Source: Octopus sinensis (lineage: Eukaryota). Taken from it: DNA of 64,000 nt. The notes beneath the pieces are model-generated. The model made no database searches. It saw only the letters and a list, made by a program, of their open reading frames with translations, and was not told the origin of the DNA. The stretch is from NCBI RefSeq assembly GCF_006345805.1, contig NC_043004.1, forward strand, positions 20,584,001-20,648,000, written 5' to 3'. Below are positions 40,479 to 51,369 of the stretch, in pieces. The translations under genes and the position numbers were made by a program. Position 1 is the stretch's first letter. Each line of letters starts with the position of its first letter.

Positions 40479-42629
40479 TAAGATACATTGGCTGTCATAG
40501 GGCAAGTTGTCTAACCAGCAATTATCATATTCATCATCGTTATCATCACTTAATGTTTGTATTACTTACTTACTTGTACTTGTGGTGACATTCACCCTGG
40601 GCGGGTTGAGTCGGCTTCTTTAATTGGAAGAAGTTTCGTGGGAATATGTGGATTTCACAAGCGGTCTCCAACAATCCCGCATATAGAGACATCCTGTTTG
40701 CCACAGGTATTGGTGCTTCTAGCACCAATACCAAGCAGTACAGCATGTCGTTTCCAAATTTCTGGCTGATTAAATTGTGTCAAGCTGCTGTTTTTCTCAA
40801 CAAAATGAAAAACAAAAAAATGCACCTGTGCAAAATTAAAAATATAAAATAGTGACAATTTACCCATATCACCCAGTATCTTTTTAGCATCACAGTGAAT
40901 TTTATTTAAGCAACTATTTACACATCTGAACACATTCATATATTAGCATATAAATATTGATAAATGATAGAAATATAATTATTTATGCATACAATATGTG
41001 GGCATATAATATATAGCTACCCACACACACACATATATATTCAAATACAAATATACACATAAATACATACCCATATATACTCATATATCTACAATCACCA
41101 AAAGACGTTTATTGTATGATTCTTCTGGTTATCCACTACATGATGTAGCACATGGTTTTACTAACTCTGGAGTTTGTGTTTTGTCTACCTTCACATACAT
41201 TTTCATCTCTTTTCTTGTGGTTCACTACTATTACACTAACCTCTACCTTATATGCATGTCCCTTACATAAATGCTAGATTTACACTATGTAATCTGCTTA
41301 CACAATCCACATTTCTTTACTAAATGGTTCATACATCATCATTGTGCTTCATCTATTTTTGTATTTTTATATGTACCTCATTATCTGTTTTTCTGCATTT
41401 ACATAGAGAACTATATACACATGTACTCTGTATATATGTATATACCTCTGAACATATGTATATATAAAGGACTATGCCAAGCTCCACTGTCTCCTTCAGC
41501 ATATATTTTATGGCTGAGTACCCTTCCTAATGCCAACCACTTTACAGAATGAACTGGATGCTATATATATATACACCTCTTTCATCACAAGTCTTGTTTT
41601 ATATAAACCACCAACCTCCTATCACATGCATACATACATGCACATGATTGTCACAATTAATTCAAAGCTTATATGTATGTGTGTTCGTATATGTATGTCT
41701 CTGTATGCATGCATGTGTTATGTATGTGCATATATACGTATGTATATATTTATGTGTATGTGCTTGTGTATAAAAAAATATCTTTATATGGAAGTGCATG
41801 CATGTACATGAATGTATTCATTTGTTCGACAGGCAATGAAATGCACTTAACCAACTTGATGTTAAAGCCATAGGCGTGTAAAATCATTCTTTTATCACTT
41901 GTTTTCATTAATTTATTTTATTTTAATAGTTTTTCATTATTTTTTTCAACTTATTTTATTTGATTTCATTATGTAATATAATACATCGGCAAAGCCAGCT
42001 TGATCAAATTTACAGATACTTGGCTTTTATGTGTATATATGTAAAAATATATATACATATATGAATGCATGTGATATATGTGTGTTTTCCATATATATAA
42101 TGTATAGCAGAGTGTATTTAGTAATATACCGATATGCGTCTGTATGTGTATATATGTGTGTGCAAATGCATGTCTGTATCTATGTGTTTATGTGTATGTA
42201 TATGTATATATGCTTGTACATGAATATGTTATTTGAAGTTGTGTTTCATCTTCAGAGAGCATTTCCTTTCAAACAACGTGCTGACACCACATTAGATTCA
42301 TTAACATTGGGGCATGCTGAAATATTGCTGTTTTGACCTTGTTGTCCTCTTCAATCACAGCTACCTGAGGATTAATAAATCTACCTACAAGCATGGCGGT
42401 TCCTTTATATAAAATTTAGCAAACAAAATATTTGCTGACGCATGTTAATGTCTGTCAAATTAATGATAGATTATCATTTACATGTAGAATTGTGAGAATC
42501 AAAATTATGTATATTTTTGTTCTAAATATGATCTGGAAAATTTGAATGTGTTTCGCTTAGCAGTTTCTTCCGCTGGTACCGGTGCTATGTAAAAGAGCAC
42601 CCAGTCCACCCTGTAAGGTGGCTGGCCAC

Positions 42630-44036
42630 TGTTATAGCTGAATCACTAAAAGAACTAGAGAAGAAAGTTCAGGCATGGAAGTAAGGTCTAGAATCAAAGG
42701 GCCTTAGAGTTAACCTAGCAAAAGCCAAAGTCTTAGTAAGTAGGAAAGAGCACAAATCTCAAATCCTTTCAGGTAGATGGCTCTGCTTAATCTGTAGAAA
42801 AGGCATAGTTAGTAACTCCATAAGATGTCCCCGGTGTAAGCTATGGACACATAAGAGGTGCAACAATATCAGAGGAAGGTTAACAGGTAAAATAGATTTT
42901 GTGTGTGGAAGGTGCACAGGTACAATTAACACTAAAAATGCACAGAAAATAGGCTCCATCAAATGCAAGGGGGAAATCTAGAAGTAGTTGATAGCTTCTG
43001 TTACTTAGATGACAAAGTCAGTAGTGGAGGTGGATGCTCCGAGAGCATAGCTGCTAGAATAAGAATAGGCTAGGCAAAGATCTGAGAGCTCCTACCTCTG
43101 TTGGTAACAAAGGCCTTTCCCTGAAAGTGCAAGGCAAATTGTATGATGCCTGTGTGTGAACAGCCATGCTACACAGCAGTGAAACATGGGCTGTGATCGC
43201 CGAGGACATGTGAAGACTTGAAAGAAATGGATGTGCAATGTCAGTGTACATACACAACAGTGTGTAAATATCAGGAGAGAAAAGTTGGACATTAGAGCCA
43301 TCAGATGTAGTGTGCAAGAGAGATGACTGCACTAGTATGGTCGTGATGTGTATAAATGAGGACAGCTGTGTGAGGAAGTGCTGATCTGTAATGATGGAGG
43401 GAGCCTGTAGAGAAAGTAGACCCAGGAAGACATGAGACAAGATGGTGAAGTATGATCTTCGAATGTTGGGCCTCACAGAGGCAATGACAAGTGGACGAGT
43501 TCTTTGGGAATATACCATGCTTGAAAAGATCCATCAAGCCAAGTGGAACCATAGTTGTGGCCAATGCTAGTGTCATGTAATTGAAACTTGTGTTGGTAGC
43601 ACATAAAAAAGTACCCATCAAACGTTGGGCAATATGCTGTGCTTTGAGAAGACCCATCAAGCAAAATGAAATCATAGTCATGGCTGATGCCAGTGTTGCA
43701 TAAATGGCACCCTTTGAACTTTGGGTCTCATAGAGGCAGTGACAAGTGTCTGAGACCTTTGGCAATATACCATGCCTGAGAAGACATGTCAAACCACATG
43801 AGATCACAGTTGTAACTGATATCAGTGTTTCATAACTGGCACCTTTGTTGGTGGCACATGAAAGGCCCCCACTGCACTTTTGGAGTGGTTGGCATTAGAA
43901 AAGGCATTCAGCTGTATAAACCATTCCAAATCAGATTGGACCTGGTGTAGCCCCCTCCCCAGCTTACCAGTTTTCAATCAAACTCTCCAAACCATGCCAA
44001 CATGGAAAACAGGCGTTAAATGATGATGATGATGAT
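42630..44036 (+). mobile_element. Older 5'-truncated RTE LINE of the PHD-bearing family, with 3' UTR and (GAT)n tail
   Basis: Colinear with 52390-53330 (AESL.ELE, KGLRVNLAKAK, SGRWLCLICRKG...CKLWTHKRC...CGRC, RPRKT), many stops; three ~105-bp UTR subrepeats; terminus 43850-44036. Confidence 0.92.
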
Positions 44037-44509
44037 GACAATTTAGCATCCATTTTCCATGCTAACATGGATTGCATACTGGTATGGTTTGGGCTGTAAA
44101 TATGCTGTATGATATCTAATGTACCTGTATTATTAGTCTATTATATTCAAATACATGCCACCGGCCTTTGAATTATTTCTTTTACTTCATTTGGGTTTGT
44201 TAAATTATTCAAATTTGCTAGGCCCTAAATATGTTCTACTCTTTTTGCATATGTTTTTCACCATAGTTCCTTGGCTACTGAAGATAAGGTTGGGCAGTTG
44301 TTGTACTGATGATGGTTCTTGTGACAGAAACACGTGTTCATGACTCATTTATTTCCAGAAAAGCTTGTCCTTTTTCTTAACGATATGTCAACTTTGAAGA
44401 ATTCTTGAATCTTGAAATTAACTTTCTTTTCCAAGCAAAGTGGGTCTTAATTGCCATTTTGTAATTATGATATATCTTCTAGAGATGGAGATAATTTTAA
44501 TGAATCATA

Positions 44510-44585
44510 AGAAAGAGAGAGAGTGGCAACCAGGCAGATAGACAGGTACCTGTCTATCTGCCTTGTTGCCACTCTCTCTCTTTCT
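44510..44585. repeat. 76-bp loopless palindrome (38-bp arms, 1 mismatch)
   Basis: AGAAAGAGAGAGAGTGGCAACCAGGCAGATAGACAGGT|ACCTGTCTATCTGCCTTGTTGCCACTCTCTCTCTTTCT. Confidence 0.95.
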
Positions 44586-44595
44586 TTCTCTCTCT

Positions 44596-44656
<61 letters not shown>

Positions 44657-45126
44657 ATTTATCTATCTATCTATCTAATATATGTTCATTTAAATATGTG
44701 TGACATAAGATGTTTGCATATTTGGATTAAAACATGGAAAAATGAACTTGGAATTTAAAATAGCTTTAGCATTTCAGTTAATGATAGCATAGATGAGTCA
44801 TAGTATGATATCCAAATATTTTTGAGTGAGCCTTGCCTTTTTGACTACAAATATCCATCTTAGAGTTTTTCTAGTCATAAATTTAGCCAAATATCACTAA
44901 ATATCAACAATTTTATTGGATATTTTCTATATATTTTACAGCAATTATTGAACAATTTTAGGAAGAATGTGCAAACATTTTCCCAAATGACTTTACTGGT
45001 TCATGCTGAAAATACTAATTGTTGCAAATGGGTTATCCAAAATCAAATTCAAAATTTTGTTCCAAATTACACTGGAAGTTTTGAGACATTTTTAAAGAAA
45101 GGCAGTTATAACTCTTCTAGATTTAA

Positions 45127-45387
45127 AAAAATAATAAATGCGCCCTTTTAAAGCCTAGCCAGGCTCATGGGCCCGGTTTCCTGGTTTCAATGGCATATGT
45201 ATTCCCCAGCTGGACAGGACGCCTGTCCATCGCAGCGTTACTCATTTTTGCCAGCTGAGTGGACTGGAGCAATATGAAATGAAGTGTTTTGCTCTCAAGA
45301 ACACAACACGTTGCCTGGTCCAGGAATCGAAACCACAATCTTACGATCATGATGCTGACATCCTAACCACTAAGCCACATGCCTCCA
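45127..45387 (-). mobile_element. SINE family C, well-preserved copy
   Basis: Minus strand: GGAGGCATGTGGCTTAGTGGTTAGG (A box), GGTTTCGATTCC (B box), CTCCAGTCCACTCAGCTGG core. Confidence 0.85.
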
Positions 45388-45559
45388 CAAACTGTTCTAG
45401 ATTACTGTAATTTTAATACATTATTATTATACATCTCATAAGCTGTGCTGCCAACTTTGTCATTCCAGATTGAAGGCGGTAGCTGTAACAGCACGTGGAA
45501 CACACCTTACTAAACATTACTTGTCGTAAACAGACTTGTTCGCAGAATGTAGTCAGGAT

Positions 45560-46215
45560 GTCTGGAAGCTTGCTATGCAATAAAGTTGTATGTCAAATCA
45601 GGCAAAACTACTACAGACACTTATGAAGTGCTTGACAGCTTATATGTTAACTTGTATGAGCTGACATCTGTTTTTCATTGGCACAAGGAGTTCAAGGATG
45701 GTAGAGAGGAGGTGAGAGGTGATGAGAGATGTGGGTGAGAGAGAGAGAGATGTCTAAACATCAGAGAAAATTTGCAATTTTCTAGATGAAGCCTGTTGTG
45801 TACCTATAAAGACAACAAACATAAAATTTGGAGTTGGTGTGGCAACTGTACACAGAATTGTTGATATGAACATGCACAAAATTTGTACAAAATTTGTTTC
45901 AGAGTGCTCAGTGATGAGCATTCTGGTAACTAATTACTTGACAGTGATGGACATCAGAACTGTCCCTCACCCTCCCTAACTTGCTCCCTATGGCTTTTGA
46001 TTATTCCCCAAGCTGAAAGATAATGTTATGGGTAGTCTTGAAAAATGAAGTGGGTTGTGACTCAGGTTCTGGACATGTTCACTTTGGAAGGCTTCCATGC
46101 AGGACTTCAGGAAGTGGCTGGATCACTATAACAGGTGTTGAAGTCAGAGGATCTTGCTTTTCAGAAGATTAGGGTTTTGTACTTCTTTGAAATTAATAAA
46201 TCTTTCTCCTGAAAA
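45560..46215 (+). mobile_element. Internally deleted mariner transposon remnant
   Basis: YAIKLYVKSGKTTTDTYEVL, VFHWHKEFKDGREEVRGDERCG (HTH region) and IRTVPHPP..LAPYGF*LFPKLK (cf. HPPYSPDLAPCDFxLFPKLK). Confidence 0.85.
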
Positions 46216-46412
46216 TGTCTCAAGACTTCTGGAATGCATTTATATATCAGTTATTTTAAGGAACAAATTAGCAATACTTCTGCAATGTTTGAATTTACTG
46301 TTCCTGTTGCCTAAAAGAGGATAAATCAATATGATACTGTGGTAAATAATAAGTTTTTGGAGAATAGTTCAGTTTTTCATTTAATGAAATGTAATTTTTA
46401 GATGTAAACTAT

Positions 46413-46614
46413 TCATTTACTTGTGTCAGCTAGTTGACTGAAGCCATGCTGGAGCACTGCTTTAAAGGGATTTTAGTCAAAGAAATTGGCCCCAGATATA
46501 ATTCTTTGTAAGCCTAGTACTTATTCTATCAGCTTCTTTAGCTGAACTGCTAAGTTACAGGAACATAAAAACACCAACATCAGTTGTCAAGTGATGGTGG
46601 AGGGCAAACAGACA

Positions 46615-46702
<88 letters not shown>

Positions 46703-46829
46703 TTGACGGGCATCTTTCAGTTTCTGTCTACAAGACTTTGGTTGGCCAGTAGCTATAGCAAAAGACAGTAGCACAAGGTTCTACACAGTGGGACTGAACC
46801 CAGGACCATGTGGTTGGGAAACAAGCTTC
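46413..46829 (-). mobile_element. SINE family A copy with expanded (CA)n
   Basis: Reverse complement of SINE A. Confidence 0.85.
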
Positions 46830-47449
46830 ATGAAATTTAAAATTTCATTATCTTTGCAAAAGTTACATACAAACATCATAAGGCTTTTCAGATATTCCAC
46901 GATTCTGAATGGTAAAAAATAAAAAAATATGTAGTACCAATTAGAAAAATAAACAAAAAATGATTGACCCCACACCCATAAATCCTTCTTCTGTTTCACA
47001 TCACTTCTCTGTTATCTGTTTGAGTCAAATCACTCAGTCAAGGTATTTCATAATATCCCCCAAAAATTATTGTCTGTCCTCCTGATTTTGTCCTTTCAAC
47101 GTTCACAGTCACAGGCATAGATGTATGGTAAAAAGCTTGCTTCCCAACCACATGGTTTCACAATGTACGCGCTGTTATTTTTTATCCTATTGTTATAATA
47201 AAATGTGGGCAAAAATTTAATCTTATCTTTCTTTATCCCAAATTATATTATTTTTGAAATTTTGTGATGAGTCTTTTTCATAGATTCTTGCTCGATACGA
47301 GTACATTAAAGTGATCCCATCCCAATTCAAGTAGATTATAAAGATTATTTTTTATCTCACCTTCAGACTCTCTCTCTCTCTATCTATCTATCTTAAGACT
47401 GCAGAAATAGACAGATTAGATAACATAGGTATTGATCCACGGTCTAGAG

Positions 47450-47586
47450 AAAATTTACCACAGTGATTATTAGTGGGTGGAATTTACCATAGTGGAATAT
47501 ACTGTGGAGGAATTTATCTATCGTGAAATTTACCTGGTGGAATTTTTTCCATGGTGGAATTTACTGCAGTGGAATTTACCTGGAAC
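47450..47586. repeat. Degenerate ~15-17-bp minisatellite (GTGGAATTTACC core, ~7 copies)
   Basis: GGAATTTACC-like motif repeated about every 15-17 bp. Confidence 0.8.
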
Positions 47587-48663
47587 CATTCTATCATATA
47601 TACTGGCAGATAGTGACATAATGAGAGGGTACAAAATTAGGACCTAAAGGTATAATTTATTTCACCAATATGCATATTTGTTATTTGCTTGCATTCCACT
47701 CTCTAAGAATATATATCTTTTCTTTTTAATACTATGCACAACTATTTAGTTAATTAGCTTTTTAGTTTGTAAACCATTTAAATTCTTGTTCCTTATTCTT
47801 CTTTCCTTACTTCTTTGTGTCTATATTTGGCTTGTTACTTATGCAAGACATTTTTTGTCATATTCACTTTCAGTCTCCTCTCTGAAGAACACTACTTTTT
47901 CATGATGAGATGTTTTGTATATAAATTTGTCAAAAGTTTATAAACTGTAACAGTGTAATTTGCTTTTAGGTCTAATAATACATTTCAGAAGCACAGAATT
48001 AGAAAAGGTTCTATATTTATTTTTGAATAATACATCCACTAGACTTAGTAACACAGTGTACAGTGCGGCAATAACCATCTTAAGCAACATAATTCTACTT
48101 GTGTTGAAATCTGCATTTCTTCAAATTTTTTTGGTGATTAAGCTGAAGATTATCTGGCCATAGAAAATCTGTTTCTATGGAATCTGTCTGACCCATGCAA
48201 GCACAGAAAAGTCAATGTTAAAATGATGATGATGCATTTTGCATTGTGGCATAAAGAGAGAATTATAACCTAAAGAAGGAAAATATGTCCCTATTTTTGA
48301 AGAATTTGTCATGAATATTATATTAAAAAGCAAACAGTTTCAAACATATATATAATTAAAGACAAACCCACAGCATTTTCATAGAAATTTTATGGTTATG
48401 CAGATTCTAAATCATCATTAGTTAGTGTAAGGATGCTTGTGTGTGTGTGTGTGTGTACACATGCACACACACGTATATACACACACAACACACACACATA
48501 CATGAATGTATGTATATATGTATGTATGTATGTATGTAAGTATTGCAAAACAGTATAATGCATACAATGACTTCAATAAGACATATTCATTAAATATTAT
48601 ATCTGTTGTTGAAGATTTCATTAATTACAGCGACATCATTCCATGGTCCCTTGAATCTTTCAT

Positions 48664-48760
48664 TCCCAGCTGACTACCATTGCTCAACCTGTAGCAGAAC
48701 CTTCTTAGCACACAATGACCTAATTGATCATAGCCTGACTTACTGTGACCCATCTTCTTC
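48664..48760 (+). mobile_element. C2H2-type zinc-finger remnant typical of the C-terminus of some RTE ORFs
   Basis: YHCSTCSRTFLAHNDLIDHSLTY resembles the RTE terminal CxxCxRxFxAxIGLxSHxRTH. Confidence 0.55.
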
Positions 48761-51241
48761 TCCTGTGAGATGTCCTTGGTTATTGTCACAACAATGGATG
48801 GACACTGTTATTATAATACATACAGTGAAGCATAGTCTGTCAATCCATTTAGAGGGAGTCGAAACTCCAAACAACTGACTTAGAATATGGCAACCTGTTC
48901 AAATCATGCCAGTAGCAAAGTGGATATAAAATAATGAAGATAAATGGATTATAAAAATGATGTTATTACTGAGGACATATTTATCATCAGATATAAAATT
49001 ATTTGTGTTTATTCCAGGTTAATAAATATAGTGTATTTCATATCTGCTGTACCTGTTGATATTTGGTTTATATTTTGTTAATAGTTTTGATTAATAATTT
49101 AGTAGCTAATCTATTTTTATTTGGAAATCTTTATAGGATGATGATGCAGATGTTATCAAATACACAAAATTTCATAACTTCCCTACCCTCTCCACAAACT
49201 GGATGAAGTGTGGAAGCAAAAGTAACAAAAATAATCACAAGTGATATTAACAATGATATTAATAGGAGGTATCCATTAAATAATAATAATTCTGATATTG
49301 AGGATTTCATTGATCACAATATTGTTTCCATGGTCCCTTGAATCTTATAACAAAAACAAAAGATGGTGTCAGCTCATTATTATCACCACTGCATTCATAA
49401 GTTGATACCATGAAGTCTTGAAATGTTAATGAACATGCAAACATTACCATTCTGAAATGAACAAGAATGGAGAAATAAAGAAATGTGCAAAATCTTTAAT
49501 AAAACAGATTAAATTCACACATTCTCATGTCTGCAATATAATATTTATAAAAACAGAAAGAGCTATTCCCTGCCTGTGTGTGTGTGTGTACATGTATGTG
49601 TGAATGTGTTTCTGTATACATATATATATATATATATATATAAACCAGCTTAGAGAAGAAACAAAACGAAACCAAATGAATCGAATCGAATCAACGCGAA
49701 GGCGCTCAGTCATACATTAGTGTAATAAATAAAATATATGCATACATACAAACATATATGTACGTACCTACATCTACATGTATATATACATGCATATATA
49801 AATATATATATACATGTGTACAGGACATCACAAATAGACGTAGAACTCAACGAGAAACGAAAACGTAAAAACAGCATGGAACGGACCATTTTTTTAACAA
49901 CAAAAGAACAGAGTACATGACAACTACACAAGGAAAAATCCCCTTCATCAGCTGTCCCTAGTTCAACTCCAGCGTGTTCCAAAATATATTTGTAAACAAA
50001 GAGAGAAAGAGATACATATAAATATATGAACCTGCTGGGTTCGGCTCCTCTAAATTGATGAAGGGCAAATACCCCGAAACATGTCAGCCAATGCCTGACC
50101 AGCAAGGGGAAGTGGCTGATCTCCCCTGTTCGAAGGTTATAATGAACACAGGTTCATGTGTCCTATAGCTAGCTAGAGGCAATGGCCTCTTGGAGCTAAT
50201 CAACGGCAGCTTTCGTCCTATATTTATGGACTGCCATATTAGCTTGGTGATAACTGTTAATATATATATATCACAATCTCCCATCCCTAACTGTTTCAAA
50301 ATCTGTTGCCCACTATTCTCCTTGTACTCCTCTCCCTATATCAGTCCCCTCCACATCTACTACCCCATCTCCTCTCTCTTCTTAATTCCTTGCTTCTTCC
50401 TCCAATTTTCTATAGCCTCAGACATCTGTGATTGATTAAAGGTTTGCTTAATGACATTCCTGACCACCACCACCACCAATGGGGCCTCCTTTCACAATAC
50501 AGATTTATTTCATTCCTCCCATCATCCCTTTGACTCATCACTCCCCTGATTACTCACCCCATGCTCTCCCCACCTTATATTTCTTATATCTTTTTTCCTC
50601 TTCTACTTCTCTACTCACCCTCTCTAAGCTGCTTGTGTCCTCCATCTCCCTACTTTTTACTCCTCTCTTCCTCTTCTCCCATTCAACCTTTAAATCTTTT
50701 ACATTGTGATGTGAACTGCAATTTGCCAATTTTCCTCCTAATGAAGGAAGCTAGATTAGGAACGTTGTTATGTAATTCTGAGCTCCTAGGAACAGTTGTT
50801 GAGTTAAAAAGCTATGCATTCTACCCTTATTTTTCTGTATTTTTTATACCCCATGTAAAAGTATTTTTATTCGTCAATATATATATAAATATCTATATGC
50901 TTGTACATATGTATTTGTCTTCTGAATATATTTAGTTTCTGTATCTATATATATTCCGATATATACTTATCCGTGTATATGTATGTATATTTATATATAT
51001 CAAGCCTAATTTTATTTATCAACATCTTTATCTCCACATCTGCTCACCTAGATTTCTCTTATAGTCACTCTTTAAGTGAACTTAGCCCTCAATAATGACT
51101 TCTGTTTTTAAGTTCAAACCATTTGAGTACAACTACATGTCCTCTATGTTGAGTATCTCTAGCTCTCACCTTTTAACTGTGCTAGCTTCTGCATGCATTT
51201 TTTTTCTCTCCTTGTTTCTCTCTGTGTTTCTTTTCTGTGTA

Positions 51242-51279
51242 TCTTTCTGTTGAAGAGCGTAGGCTCGAAACGTAAAAGA
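51242..51279 (+). ncRNA. Minimal type I hammerhead-like motif with A6U core variant (Penelope pLTR-type)
   Basis: TCTTT-CTGTTGA-A-GAGC GTAG GCTC-GAAAC-GTA-AAAGA: 5-bp stem I, 4-bp stem II, palindromic ACGT stem III. Confidence 0.6.
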
Positions 51280-51369
51280 CTTGTTTTATTTATATTCCTG
51301 AGCAACATACTAATACAATTGTTTTTTTGTATTCCACCTGCCTTTGTCTTTTGTTTATTTTCATAAAGC

